Source: a candidate division FCPU426 bacterium (GTDB taxonomy: Bacteria > Oederibacteriota > Muellerivitia > Muellerivitales > Muellerivitaceae). Taken from it: a DNA stretch of 64,000 bases. The position numbers were made by a program, and so were the translations under genes. Under the pieces are notes generated by a model. The model was not told the DNA's origin, made no database searches, and worked only from the letters and a program-made list of their open reading frames with translations. Position 1 is the stretch's first letter; each line of letters opens with the position of its first letter. The stretch lies in assembly GCA_963847625.1 (NCBI GenBank), contig CAWKAR010000028.1, positions 96,001 through 160,000 of the forward strand, read 5' to 3'. This document shows positions 1 to 9,981 of this stretch, piece after piece.

Positions 1-374
1 TGGGCCAGGAAAGAGAAGGTGAAACCCGCAGTTGCGCCCACCGGCGCCGTCAGGAGGATGGCCAGGATGGAAATCCCCGGTAAGCCGGGAAGGGCTTGGA
101 ACCGGAACACGGAAAAAACAACGCGCGTGGCAAAAACCGCAAGCGGCAGGGTCAAACTTGAAAAAAAGAGGGCCGCGGCGGGTCCCCGGGGGTTCTCCAT
201 CCATCGCCGGGGCATGCGGGTAAAGAGCCAGGTTCCGATTCCCCCTCCGCAAAACCAAGCCGTAAGCAGTAATCCCAGCACCGCTTCGTTGCCCTTGAAC
301 AGGTCCCCCCATTCCCTCAAAAGAACGGCCTGGGCCATCACGCAATAGGCGCCATGAAGGAGGGTTAAAACCAT
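1..374 (-). CDS. 5' part of a multi-TM membrane protein resembling the N-terminal membrane domain of fused MFS/spermidine-synthase-like proteins (runs off the window)
   Basis: Hand-translated open frame from ATG at 374: MVLTLLHGAYCVMAQAVLLREWGDLFKGNEAVLGLLLTAWFCGGGIG. The Q-x-x-LLRE...F-x-GNE...LG...W pattern matches this family. It overlaps the stop of the upstream gene and is not in the ORF track. Confidence 0.6.
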   Translation of the reverse strand, partial: MVLTLLHGAYCVMAQAVLLREWGDLFKGNEAVLGLLLTAWFCGGGIGTWLFTRMPRRWMENPRGPAAALFFSSLTLPLAVFATRVVFSVFRFQALPGLPGISILAILLTAPVGATAGFTFSFLA

Positions 375-982
375 GTGGCCGCCCCCTCCAGGAGAAACCA
401 GATCCCCGCCGCGATTCCAAAGAAACAACCCAGCCGCCTGAAAAAAGGCGTCCGCATCCTTGACGCGATGAAAGGCGCGGGCAGAAGAATGAGGGTCGTG
501 CCCAGGAAAAGAAAGAGGAAGAAAAGGGTGCCGCCGATGGGGTTGGCTATCGAGGCCGCCTTGGCCAGGCCGGCCGCGAATGGCGCGCACGGATAAAATC
601 CCAGGACCAAGCCCGTGAGAAAAGGCCAGCCCTTAAGGGGCTTCAAAGAAGCGCCCGGACAGAAACCCGCGGATGTCTTTTTCAAATCCCTCCATGAAAA
701 AACCAAAAGCAGGATGGCGCCGGTGCAAAGAAGCCCGCCCCTCAGGCCCATGCCGGAGGGTCCCTTCAACAAAAGATTTCCCATTTCCCCCGCCAGGGCT
801 CCCACAGCCAGGTAGGCTATCAATCGTCCCGATAAGAAAGCCCCGAAAGCCCAGGCCCTTCCCTTGAGGCTCGGGACATCCCCGCCCAGAAGATAGGGCA
901 CCAGAAAAGGCAGACAGGTGACCAGGCAGGAGCCGCCCATGGCCAATCCCAGGACAAAACCTTCCGCCGATTCCCGGATCAT
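365..982 (-). CDS. DsbD_2/sulfite-exporter TauE/SafE-like membrane protein (cytochrome c biogenesis-type TM domain)
   Basis: Motifs GLAMGGSCLVTC, F-x-SGRLIAY and G-x-x-LGFYPCAPF; hydrophobic throughout. ATG at 982 overlaps the TGA of the upstream gene (ATGA coupling), so I prefer it to the 1156 start. Confidence 0.65.
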   Translation of the reverse strand: MIRESAEGFVLGLAMGGSCLVTCLPFLVPYLLGGDVPSLKGRAWAFGAFLSGRLIAYLAVGALAGEMGNLLLKGPSGMGLRGGLLCTGAILLLVFSWRDLKKTSAGFCPGASLKPLKGWPFLTGLVLGFYPCAPFAAGLAKAASIANPIGGTLFFLFLFLGTTLILLPAPFIASRMRTPFFRRLGCFFGIAAGIWFLLEGAATWF

Positions 983-2118
983 TTGATCAACCCCTGGACC
1001 AGGTTGACGACCGCCAGGATTCCCTGGGGCGCGTAAAACAGGGAGAGCGCCCCGCCAAACCCCAGTGAGATAAAATCCATCCAGGCCGATCCTTTTTGAC
1101 CCGCCGTGACGACCGAAATCCCCCCCTTGGGACAAGCCGGTACGCACTTTAGACAAAGCGTGCAGTAGCGGGTGATCTTGGTTTCATAGATGTCTTTCCG
1201 TTTTAAGGCCGTCTGGGAGGATACGGTTTCTTCCACCTTGTTACCCGCTGAGGAGGTTCTCTTTTTTACTGTCTCAATGGCGAAACTGGGGCATTCGGCC
1301 TCGCACAACCCGCAGGAGGTGCAGGAATCTGGGTCGACTTTTACCTGGTAAGGGGACCACTTTTGAACCAGGGGGGTCAGGGCCCCAAAGGGGCATAGGG
1401 TGCTGCAGAAGGTCCTTTTGCGGGTCAGAATCGGCAGGATGACGACGAAAACAGCGGCGACCAGCGCGTAAGCAGCCATTTGCGCGGCATAAATCCTCGA
1501 GGAAGGGTCCAGGATTTCTCCCTGGGTTTTAAAGGGGCAGAGCCAAAGGCAAAACTCGCTTTCCTGCCTCGAAAAAGACATGAAAGCCAGGAACAAAAAC
1601 AAGGCCAGTTGGAATTCGCGGGGCCTGGTCTTTAGGGGCAGGCGCAGGAAAGGTTTTTTTAGGATTCTGGAAAAAGCATCGTCCCAACCGCCGAAAAAAC
1701 ACACGCGGCTGCAGAACCCTCCACCGCAAATAAACAACACGAGAAGCCAAAAGATTCCCAACCCCAGAAACCCGTAACGGCCGTAAGTGCTGTTAAGAAA
1801 GGCTTCCACCTGCTGGTAGCCGATGGACAGGATGTTGCCGGACAAGCTCAAATGGCAGTAAGGCTGTATATCCGTCTTCCCTCCTGCCTGAAAACCTCTC
1901 ATGTGCAAACCGCTAAGAAAGAAAAACGCGAGGGATAGAAAGTAAAAGGTCCGGACTTTTTCAGGCCTGTCGGAACGTTCAAGGCGCCAGTAAAAACAAC
2001 CTAGGACGAAGCACCAGAGAAGGGCGATTATTAAAAAGGGGGCTGAAGCGTGGTAAATCCGGACTCCCAGGGCCGCCCAAAGGAGGAATAAGGCGAAAGG
2101 CCTCCAAGATTGCTTCAT
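979..2118 (-). CDS. Membrane-bound 4Fe-4S binding protein (NapH/MauN/polyferredoxin-like)
   Basis: Repeated FCxxxC(P/F) motifs in the TM region, plus two ferredoxin motifs CTSCGLCEAECP and CTLCLKCVPACP. Confidence 0.8.
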   Translation of the reverse strand: MKQSWRPFALFLLWAALGVRIYHASAPFLIIALLWCFVLGCFYWRLERSDRPEKVRTFYFLSLAFFFLSGLHMRGFQAGGKTDIQPYCHLSLSGNILSIGYQQVEAFLNSTYGRYGFLGLGIFWLLVLFICGGGFCSRVCFFGGWDDAFSRILKKPFLRLPLKTRPREFQLALFLFLAFMSFSRQESEFCLWLCPFKTQGEILDPSSRIYAAQMAAYALVAAVFVVILPILTRKRTFCSTLCPFGALTPLVQKWSPYQVKVDPDSCTSCGLCEAECPSFAIETVKKRTSSAGNKVEETVSSQTALKRKDIYETKITRYCTLCLKCVPACPKGGISVVTAGQKGSAWMDFISLGFGGALSLFYAPQGILAVVNLVQGLIK

Positions 2119-3635
2119 TTTTCAGGAAATACTTGGGCCGTGAATTTCCAAAGTTCCGCGTCCTTGCGTTTGTAGGCGTTCGAGTCCAGGCCGGCCTTGT
2201 GCCCAAGCTGTTCGAGGTATTCCTTTTTGTCCCACTTCCATTCGACCGGCACCTGGGGGAGGAAGACCCCGGAGTTCCATCCCGCGCGGAGGATCAGCCC
2301 GTCCCGGCCCACCACGATGTCGTCAAGTGAGTTAACCTTAACCAAGGGCGACATCACCGAGATCTCGATTTCGATGCCCTTCAACTCTTCCTTCCGGACG
2401 GGGTTGAAGCGGGGGTCGTGGGCGGCGGCGTTCATGGCGTTGGCAATGACTCCCTGGTAGAGGGGGTCCTGGGGTTGGATGCTTCCGATGCAGCCCCTGA
2501 GCTGGCCTCCCTCGTTGAGGGTCACGAACACTCCCGAGGGTTTTTTCAGGTTCTCCGTCAGGTTGAAATCCCCCAGGTCCTTTTCCGGATACCGGCTCAC
2601 TCCGTCCCGCACGAACTTCTCCAGCACATGGCGGGCGAGCTTTAAAAGCGTCTTTTCCTCCCCCTCCGTCAGGTATTTTTCCTGTTGCAGCATGACGCCC
2701 TCCTTGCGGGACCCCAGCGCGATGGCCGTGTAGCTCACGCTGTTTTCCCAATTGCCAGTGACTTCCCCGCTCGTCGTGTAAGCCAGGAGCTTTCCTTCCG
2801 CCTTCCAACCCATCGCCTTGAACAATTCCAGGACCAGGCGGATGGGGTTGCGGCCGCAAATGGTGGCGCCGGTTCGCTCCACGTATCCGGTGAAACCCTC
2901 CCCGTCGCCCTTGAGGATAAAGTCCGCGGCCCCCATGTCCAGGTCATGGAGTCCTTGTTTCAGTTTCTTCTTGAACTTGGGCAGGTAACCGTAATTCGAG
3001 CCGCAATGGGTGAAATCAGAGCTCACCACGATCGCCGTGGAATCGTCCACGATCAAAGCCAGGGCCTTGGCCGCGTCCTGGTATTCCATCAGGCTCATAT
3101 CCCCCACGATCAGGGGGACCAGCTTGGCCTCCGGAAGTGTTTTTTGCAGGAACGGCACCTCCACCTCGTCGGCGTGCTCCTGGGTGGAGGCGGTTTCGTT
3201 CTTCGTCCAGGTAAAACCGGAAGCCTTGAGTGTCTTAATGGCCGCCTGGTCCAAGGGATAAACCCCCAAAGGTGTTTGGTAGGGAAGCTCGTTTAAAACC
3301 ACCCCCTCGAAGCCGGCGTAATGGCTGGGGGCCAGGAGAATGACGCGTTTAATGATGGGGCTTTCAGCCTGGAGTGCCTTAAAGGAGTAGGCGGCGGTGG
3401 CGCCGCTGAATTCGTAACCGGCATGGGGGGAAATCACGGCTCGCGGCCTTAAATCGGGGGGTATGGATGCCTGATTGAGGGCGCCGTCCAGGAAATTTCC
3501 GAGTTCCTTAGCGTCGGCGGGATAAAACCGGCCCGCTTGGGCCGGAAGCCGGACAGCTTGATTGCCGGAGGATGAACAAGCGGGGACCAACAAGAGAACG
3601 GCAGATATCAGGACGGCGGTCAAAGTTGGTCGCAT
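2115..3635 (-). CDS. amrB: AmmeMemoRadiSam system protein B (MEMO1-like) fused to protein A (AMMECR1-like), with an N-terminal lipoprotein-like signal
   Basis: MEMO motifs AGRFYP, PHAGYEFSG, EHADEVEVPFLQ, SSDFTH and TICG. AMMECR1 motifs GVFVTL, LRGCIG, DPRF, EISV and FLPQV. ATG 3635 follows GAGGTGG. Confidence 0.9.
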   Translation of the reverse strand: MRPTLTAVLISAVLLLVPACSSSGNQAVRLPAQAGRFYPADAKELGNFLDGALNQASIPPDLRPRAVISPHAGYEFSGATAAYSFKALQAESPIIKRVILLAPSHYAGFEGVVLNELPYQTPLGVYPLDQAAIKTLKASGFTWTKNETASTQEHADEVEVPFLQKTLPEAKLVPLIVGDMSLMEYQDAAKALALIVDDSTAIVVSSDFTHCGSNYGYLPKFKKKLKQGLHDLDMGAADFILKGDGEGFTGYVERTGATICGRNPIRLVLELFKAMGWKAEGKLLAYTTSGEVTGNWENSVSYTAIALGSRKEGVMLQQEKYLTEGEEKTLLKLARHVLEKFVRDGVSRYPEKDLGDFNLTENLKKPSGVFVTLNEGGQLRGCIGSIQPQDPLYQGVIANAMNAAAHDPRFNPVRKEELKGIEIEISVMSPLVKVNSLDDIVVGRDGLILRAGWNSGVFLPQVPVEWKWDKKEYLEQLGHKAGLDSNAYKRKDAELWKFTAQVFPEK

Positions 3636-4027
3636 CAGCCCACCTCGAGGAAATTGGAATGGAACCGGGTCTATTTTATCAGGCCCGTCTCTCAACAGTA
3701 TGCATGTATTGAAATCTTCAAAACAGCTTTGGATGGGTTGGGAACCGAATCCCCAACCGTGGCGGGAAGTGACGAGTTTGGGCCCCGGATAGCCGTATGA
3801 CGTCCCTCTTTCGGCCTTTTTCCTTAATTTTCAGAGTGTATTTGCTTTTATAATTAATCCTGGCAGGCTGAAAAAATCCCAAAACCGGATTTTTTCAGCA
3901 TTTTGTGAGATATTTTATTAGGTGATTATCCCTTTGAAGTCCGTACCCTAAAAAGCTATCATTTTTCCTATGAAAAAGCCCTCAAAGCAGTTTCCTATAT
4001 TGGGCGAAAATTTGAGAAAATTCTACT

Positions 4028-4840
4028 ATGCCAAAAAGTAAAATTCCTGAATTCGATCACTTTGATTTTATTATTAATTCGTCCCTGTTTTGCATTTGGG
4101 GACTTTTTATGAGCCTAGATCATTATGACGGCCAAATCATTATGTGTGTTTTAATTTTGATTGCTGGATACATTTTTACTCTTTGTTATTTCAAAATTTG
4201 GGTTGATTTTAAAAAAAGATGGAAAATATTTCTCACAGCAACTATTGTTTTCGCGGTATTCATTTCTAGTACTGTATTTTTTCAAATAAAAAAAATAAAT
4301 CAAGAATTAGTTAAGCTGGAAAAAAATTCGGTTGATAATTTATCCCTTGAAATGGAAATGGAAAACCCCAAGGATGCAAATACTTCTTGTGTTTCTATTA
4401 TAAATAATGGTGAAAGTGTTCTTTCCAACTATTCAATAGTTTATTTTTTCTTTATTTGTGATTGTAATCGTATTTTTATACAGAATCGCCCAATTAGTAG
4501 GCCTTTTGATGGTGATTTAGATGTTCATAAAGGATTTCGAGATTGTTTTATAAAGGAAATTTTTTCCAAAGAATTTGTAGAAAATCATAAATCTTCTTTA
4601 GGCCATGATATTTATCACGTAGTCAATTCAGGGAAATTTTGTTTTATGGATGTAATGGTTACGTTTGAATATGTTTTAAAAGGCCACAATAAACAATTAA
4701 TGCAAAGCAAAAGATATAAATTGGATTTTGATGGTAAAAAATATTGCTGGAATACTCCTCAGAATGAACCAAAAGAGACGAAACTATATTCTTTGGAAGA
4801 AATGTTACACATCTCGGCAACGCCGTCAAAAAATAGGTGA
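4028..4840 (+). CDS. Hypothetical AT-rich membrane protein, passenger of the IS1595 element
   Basis: 270-aa ORF with 2-3 N-terminal hydrophobic segments, lying inside the IS IRs, with visibly AT-rich codons. Confidence 0.7.
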   Translation: MPKSKIPEFDHFDFIINSSLFCIWGLFMSLDHYDGQIIMCVLILIAGYIFTLCYFKIWVDFKKRWKIFLTATIVFAVFISSTVFFQIKKINQELVKLEKNSVDNLSLEMEMENPKDANTSCVSIINNGESVLSNYSIVYFFFICDCNRIFIQNRPISRPFDGDLDVHKGFRDCFIKEIFSKEFVENHKSSLGHDIYHVVNSGKFCFMDVMVTFEYVLKGHNKQLMQSKRYKLDFDGKKYCWNTPQNEPKETKLYSLEEMLHISATPSKNR

Positions 4841-4846
4841 ATAAAT

Positions 4847-5029
4847 ATGTCCATAGGCAAATACATTTCACTTCAAGAAGCTAGGAAACATAAGAAACTA
4901 GACCGCTTTATAAAAGAGCATCCTTCTAAGGGAAATGCCCGACAATTCGAGGATTTACTTGATCGAATGGCTCATAACAAGCCCGTTAAAAAGATGCCAA
5001 AAGGCGGGAAAACATCAGCCAAGGCGTAG
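4847..5029 (+). CDS. Small basic hypothetical protein inside IS1595
   Basis: 60-aa ORF with SD-like AGGTGA just upstream; overlaps the 3' end of the transposase convergently. Confidence 0.45.
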   Translation: MSIGKYISLQEARKHKKLDRFIKEHPSKGNARQFEDLLDRMAHNKPVKKMPKGGKTSAKA

Positions 5030-5858
5030 AGCGCATATTGTAACGGAATTCAAATTCTCCGAGATACTTCGGAAGATGCTTTTGGGAGACATGAACGTGA
5101 GTACCTTTGATGCTTCTCTTGATGTGGCTCCAAAACCCTTCAGTGGAATTAACATGATGGGTTCCATTGACGTATTGTTTATGCCCGTGATTGCAAACCC
5201 CGTGCTTAAAACCTTCTTGAGGAAGAATGTTGTAGGTTTGGAATTCGTCGGTTTCAACCAAGCTTCCCCTCTTAACGTGTTCTTTAATAATCGGGATGAG
5301 GGTTTCTCTTTTAACATTAGGAACAACGTGCGTCATGACATCCCCACCACGCTCAACCATTCCAAAAACGATAGTCTTACCTTCTGCACCACGCCCACGC
5401 TTGCCGGAATGCTTCCCACCAATAAGGGTTTCATCGGCTTCGACTTGGCCCGAAAGTTCGTCATCCCCATCAACCTTTGCCATATATTTGCGGATTTCAT
5501 GCGCCATTCTCCAAGCGGTTTTATAAGTCAAGGAAAGCTGTCTTTGAAGTTCCTTGGCAGGAACACCATGCCGGGAAGTGGTAAAGAGGTACATAGCGTA
5601 AAACCACTTTTGAAGGGGAGTGTGGGAGTCTTGAAACGGAGTGCCAACCATTGGGTGAATATGATCGCCGCACCATTGACAGCTATAAGCCGGGATGCCT
5701 GTAAGTTTGTGAAACTTGCTTTCCTTCTTACCGCAAGGGCATTGAGTGGGATTTCCAAAACGAATCTGCATAAGGTGTTCCAGGCAGGAATCATCGTCTG
5801 GAAAGGTTTTGAAGAACTCTTGAACCGTCATTATTTTATTCATGGTTTCTACCTCCAT
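4986..5858 (-). CDS. IS1595-family DDE transposase
   Basis: N-terminal Zn-ribbon CPC...CQWC, then [25 protein letters not shown] and [10 protein letters not shown]. The start may be the ATG at 5843 after GGAGG. Confidence 0.95.
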   Translation of the reverse strand: MEVETMNKIMTVQEFFKTFPDDDSCLEHLMQIRFGNPTQCPCGKKESKFHKLTGIPAYSCQWCGDHIHPMVGTPFQDSHTPLQKWFYAMYLFTTSRHGVPAKELQRQLSLTYKTAWRMAHEIRKYMAKVDGDDELSGQVEADETLIGGKHSGKRGRGAEGKTIVFGMVERGGDVMTHVVPNVKRETLIPIIKEHVKRGSLVETDEFQTYNILPQEGFKHGVCNHGHKQYVNGTHHVNSTEGFWSHIKRSIKGTHVHVSQKHLPKYLGEFEFRYNMRSTPWLMFSRLLASF

Positions 5859-5952
5859 GAATAATAGTATATCAAGTACATACGGATGTCAAGGGGATAA
5901 TCGCCTTTTATTATATCGTTTATATGTTTGGCTGTTGAACGGGGATTTACCT

Positions 5953-7989
5953 ATGCCGATAAATCAAAACCGACACCTCACCAGGTATATTCTTCTTATA
6001 TTTCTAGCCTTTTCAGTAAAACCTTGCTGGGCTTTAACGGCCGGTAACCAGGGTATGGATTTCTGGCTGGCCTTTCCGGACAGCTACAACAACACGATTA
6101 ATGCCACCGCAAAACAATTGTTGGTCACCAGCTTGAACTCGGCTGCCGGAACGGCCCAGATTCCCGGCCTTTCCATTTCCGTTCCCTTTTCGGTGCCGGC
6201 AGGGGGCATGACCGTTGTGACTCTCCCTCTCACCGCCAGTGTCACGCAGCTGGACGGCGTATCCCAACAGGGAATCCATCTGACGGCGACCAATAACGTC
6301 GCGGTTTTCGGTTTGAATTACATTCCCGCCGCCACCGACGGCTACCTGGCCCTTCCCACGGACGCCCTGGGCGTTACTTACATGGTTTCGACATACCAGG
6401 TGGATGACCTCGACACCTCTCCCACCGTCGACAACGGTTATTCCCTCTTCACGATCGTGGGGGCGGTGGACTCCACTTCGGTGACCATCACCCCCTCGGT
6501 GACCGTCGGTTCCAGGACCGCCGGTATCCCTTATGTTATTACTTTGAACTCAGGGGATACTTACCAGCTGGCGGCCACGAATATGGGGGACGACTTGAGC
6601 GGCAGCACGATCGCCTCAAGTAATCCGGTCGCGGTGTACGGGGCCAATGTGGCCGCCTATATGCCAACCAGCGTCTACCAGGCGGCCAACAGCCTGGTGG
6701 AACAACTCTGGCCCCTTTGCGATTGGGGTTTGACTTTTTTCACCGCGCCTTTGGCCACAAGATCGAACGGGGACACGATCAAGATCACGGCCTCCGCGAA
6801 CAACACGAATGTCTTCCTCAACGGCACCCAAGTGGCGGTCCTGAACCAGGGCCAGGTTTACCAGCAGGAAGTAATCGTGGCCTCGCAAATCACATCCAAC
6901 AACCCGATTTACGTGGTGCAGTATTCCAACAGTTCCACCTTTGACAACAACACGAACGCCGACCCCAGCATGATGTCCATTCCGCCCGTAAACGATTTTG
7001 ACACGGGATACCTGGTGGCCGCGCCCGTCACCGGAGGGGCCATTACAACCCCCTTCTCCAGCTACGAGAATATCGTCGCTCCCTCGGCGGTCGTGGGTTC
7101 CATTTACCTGGACGGAACCCTCATTCCCACTACGGTTTTTTCTGCCATCGGCTCCAGCGGTTACTACAGCGCCGTTGTGCCCGTGCCACCCGGCCCCCAT
7201 CAGTTGACCGGGGACGGAGTGACCCGGTTCGGGGTGGTCGCCTATGGTTTCGGCTTATATAACCCCCCCGCCAATCCCGGCTATGACGCCTACAGTTATC
7301 CCGGCGGGCTTGTCCTCTGCTCCAACCTTCCCACTCCGACCCCCACGCCCACGAGGACCCCCACTTCCACGCCGACGGTGACTGTGACCCCGACTATCAC
7401 GCTCACTCCCACGCCTACGAACTCGCCAACCATTACATCGACGTCCACCGCGACGCCGACCCCGACGGACACCCCGACCCCCACGATCACCGACACCCCA
7501 TGCGGATATCCCGGCCTCACCTGCACCCCGACGATCACCTCGACCTCCACCTCCACCCCCACCGGCACTCCAACGCCGACCGTAACCGACACCCCGACAT
7601 TCACTTCCACTCCGGCCTCCACGGACACTTCCACCCCGACTTCCACCTCTTCGGCCACTTCCACCCCAACGAACACTCCGACTGCGACAAACACTCCCAT
7701 CCCCGAATGCTTTTACGTCGACAAGAACGTGTTTCAATCCGGCCAGGCGTCCGTTACCATCACTTTCTGCCTGCCCAATGCGGGTAATTATTCCTTGAGA
7801 ATTTACAACTCGGCCGGGGAGCATATTAAAACCCTGGCCGACGGTTACTTCACGCCCTCCTCCTCCTCCCAGGCCTATCCCTGGGACGGAAAGAACAAGT
7901 ACGGCGATACTTGCGCGAGCGGGGTTTATCTCATTTACCTGGTCACACCCGTCGAGAAAAAACTCGCCCGCGTACTCTGGATGCATTGA
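5953..7989 (+). CDS. Secreted IgGFc-binding-domain protein with Thr/Pro linker and FlgD-Ig-like CTD (subtype I)
   Basis: G-x-[18 protein letters not shown], GDTYQL...DLSGSTI and EQLWP...WG motifs; ~125-aa TPT linker; [13 protein letters not shown]...WDGKN...CASGVY. Start moved to ATG 5953 because 5842-5905 is IS DNA. Confidence 0.85.
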   Translation: MPINQNRHLTRYILLIFLAFSVKPCWALTAGNQGMDFWLAFPDSYNNTINATAKQLLVTSLNSAAGTAQIPGLSISVPFSVPAGGMTVVTLPLTASVTQLDGVSQQGIHLTATNNVAVFGLNYIPAATDGYLALPTDALGVTYMVSTYQVDDLDTSPTVDNGYSLFTIVGAVDSTSVTITPSVTVGSRTAGIPYVITLNSGDTYQLAATNMGDDLSGSTIASSNPVAVYGANVAAYMPTSVYQAANSLVEQLWPLCDWGLTFFTAPLATRSNGDTIKITASANNTNVFLNGTQVAVLNQGQVYQQEVIVASQITSNNPIYVVQYSNSSTFDNNTNADPSMMSIPPVNDFDTGYLVAAPVTGGAITTPFSSYENIVAPSAVVGSIYLDGTLIPTTVFSAIGSSGYYSAVVPVPPGPHQLTGDGVTRFGVVAYGFGLYNPPANPGYDAYSYPGGLVLCSNLPTPTPTPTRTPTSTPTVTVTPTITLTPTPTNSPTITSTSTATPTPTDTPTPTITDTPCGYPGLTCTPTITSTSTSTPTGTPTPTVTDTPTFTSTPASTDTSTPTSTSSATSTPTNTPTATNTPIPECFYVDKNVFQSGQASVTITFCLPNAGNYSLRIYNSAGEHIKTLADGYFTPSSSSQAYPWDGKNKYGDTCASGVYLIYLVTPVEKKLARVLWMH

Positions 7990-8059
7990 ACCTTTTTTCT
8001 TTTCGTTTTTACCGCCTCACAGCCGAAAATTTTCGTAAATCCAGACTGGAAAGATCATC

Positions 8060-9019
8060 TTGATCCCTCCGGCTATTTTTTTAATCATCCTATGCGTCAC
8101 CCTCGCCCTGATGTTATGGCTGGGAAAACCCAAGGCCCCGCCTCCCAAGGAAAGCATCGTCGGCCCCTTTCAGGACGCCGATTTTTCAGGCCTTCCTCCC
8201 GTGCGGAATTTCCAAGCCCGGGACGGAACCCAGCTGGCCTACCACCATTACCCCGTACAAACCGGGAAAACCCGTGGAACCGTCGTGCTCCTGCACGGCT
8301 CCTCCTCCAGGAGCCATAGCATGCATCCCCTGGCCTCAGGCTTTTCTGCCGCCGGATGGGAAGCCTACGCCTTGGACGTCAGAGGACATGGCGACTCGGG
8401 AACGAGGGGGAAGATTTCTTATATCGGCCAGTTGGAGGATGATCTCCAGGATTTCACCGCCGCGACCCCTTCTCAGGGACCTAAAGTGTTGGTTGGATTT
8501 TCATCGGGCGGGGGTTTCGCCTTGCGGTTTGCCGGAAGCCCCCGGCAAGACCTTTTCGATGGTTATCTATTGCTTTCCCCGTTCCTCCACCAAAGCTCGG
8601 CTGCCTACCGGAAAAACAGCGGGGGCTGGGTCGGTCTCGGCCTTCCCCGCCTGATCGCGCTGATCCTCTTGAACCGTTTTGGATTTAAAGCCCTCAATGA
8701 TCTTCCCGTGCTGGCTTTCGCCTTGCCGGAAAAGGACCTGAAATTCATGACCCCGGAATATTCCTTCGCCCTTTGGTCCAATTTCCGGCCGCACGACGAT
8801 TACCGGAGAGATATCCGCAACACGAAACGCCCCATGGCGGTCCTGGCCGGGGAAGAGGACGAAGTGTTCAAATCTAATATGTTCGCCCAGGAATTCAAAA
8901 ACGCCGAGGGCCACGCCCAAGTCACCCTCGTCCCGAGGCTGAGCCATGTGGGCCTGATCCTTGACCCCAGGGGAATCCAGGCCATCGTCAACTCCCTGGA
9001 CCGTTTTCAAACCTCATAA
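8060..9019 (+). CDS. Alpha/beta hydrolase with N-terminal membrane anchor
   Basis: LLHG, DVRGHGDS, nucleophile elbow GFSSGG, C-terminal D and H candidates. Confidence 0.85.
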   Translation: MIPPAIFLIILCVTLALMLWLGKPKAPPPKESIVGPFQDADFSGLPPVRNFQARDGTQLAYHHYPVQTGKTRGTVVLLHGSSSRSHSMHPLASGFSAAGWEAYALDVRGHGDSGTRGKISYIGQLEDDLQDFTAATPSQGPKVLVGFSSGGGFALRFAGSPRQDLFDGYLLLSPFLHQSSAAYRKNSGGWVGLGLPRLIALILLNRFGFKALNDLPVLAFALPEKDLKFMTPEYSFALWSNFRPHDDYRRDIRNTKRPMAVLAGEEDEVFKSNMFAQEFKNAEGHAQVTLVPRLSHVGLILDPRGIQAIVNSLDRFQTS

Positions 9020-9168
9020 CCACATCAGAATAATCCACGGAAAATCGCATAAAACATCAGCTTAACCCCATCGAAGAAATTCCCTAAAAATAAACTAAAA
9101 AACAAATGGGCTGAAACATTCTTCTTCGGTTGTAAAATATCCCTTCTTAAAACCGCCCTGAGGGAACC

Positions 9169-9969
9169 ATGAAAAAAATCCTTATCATCGCCTTCCTGCT
9201 CGTGCCCGGCTTCGCCTTTTGCGCCGCGGCGGAGGATTATTTTTCCGGCGGATTGGCGATGCTTAAAAAGGGGGATTACGACAAGGCCATCCGTTACTTC
9301 AGCTCTGCTTTGAAAGTGAAGCCCGACTATTGGCAGGCCTATGAATACCTGGGCAAGACCTACTTCTTGGATTCCAACCGCACCGAGGCCCTGGTAGCCA
9401 TGAAAGAAAGCCTCGCGCTCCATCCCGACAATCCCGAACTCAAGAAATTCGTCAAGCGCATCGAGGCATCCAGCCCCTGGCTCCCGGCTGGCTCCACCTC
9501 TCTCCGGGACAAATTGGCGGTTCTTTCCATCATTGTTTCCCTCCTGACCCTGGGTTGGACCCTCTTTTGGACCTACCGGCATCGGTCCCGGTCCGTCGTT
9601 ACTTTCCTGTTGAGACAGCAGAATCTGTCCAATTCCAATTTGGTCACGAGCGTCTTCCTGGATTTCACGCTTTACAACACCGGGAATAAGGCGGTCCAGG
9701 TGGCCGCCTACCGCATCAGGTGGGGCGAGAAAAAGGAATGGGAGAAGTGGACTTTCCTGGAGAACCCCCAGGTCTTGAGCGCGCCAGACCATAAGCAGGT
9801 TCTCCACCTGACCTATACCTCCCCCGGATTGAAGGTCGGCGCGATGGAATTCGGCGATGGCGTGAGGGAAAGGTGGCCCCTGCCCCCCAAACACTTGGCG
9901 GTCATGAACGAAGCCCTGGATATGGTCGGCAAGCCGAGAAGGGACCTGCCGGAAGCTGTGTTAGGTTAA
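9169..9969 (+). CDS. Signal peptide + TPR repeats + TM segment protein
   Basis: Signal peptide MKKILIIAFLLVPGFAFC, TPR-like KGDYDKAIRYFSSALKVKPDYWQAYEYLG and a central TM helix; SD GAGGA. Confidence 0.7.
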   Translation: MKKILIIAFLLVPGFAFCAAAEDYFSGGLAMLKKGDYDKAIRYFSSALKVKPDYWQAYEYLGKTYFLDSNRTEALVAMKESLALHPDNPELKKFVKRIEASSPWLPAGSTSLRDKLAVLSIIVSLLTLGWTLFWTYRHRSRSVVTFLLRQQNLSNSNLVTSVFLDFTLYNTGNKAVQVAAYRIRWGEKKEWEKWTFLENPQVLSAPDHKQVLHLTYTSPGLKVGAMEFGDGVRERWPLPPKHLAVMNEALDMVGKPRRDLPEAVLG

Positions 9970-9981
9970 TAAGTAAGGAGA

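Larger units (their letters stand above)
3921..5905 (-). mobile_element. IS1595-family insertion sequence carrying passenger genes (transporter IS)
   Basis: 25-bp imperfect terminal IRs: GGTGATTATCCCTTTGAAGTCCGTA (3921-3945) and the reverse complement of 5881-5905, GGCGATTATCCCCTTGACATCCGTA. 8-bp target duplication TTTTATTA at 3913-3920 and 5906-5913. Confidence 0.92.

Noticed and set aside
3725..3815. Riboswitch upstream of amrBA; also checked 39290-39450 and 52525-52600
   Set aside because: Only short hairpins are present; I could not match the consensus of SAM, cobalamin, TPP or c-di-GMP riboswitches by eye. An Rfam scan would settle it.
4935..5864. 309-aa + strand ORF antisense to the IS1595 transposase
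   Set aside because: It fully shadows a well-supported transposase and shows no recognisable motifs.
5842..5952. N-terminal extension of the IgGFc gene in the ORF track
   Set aside because: It begins inside the IS1595 element; the signal peptide and SD fit ATG 5953.
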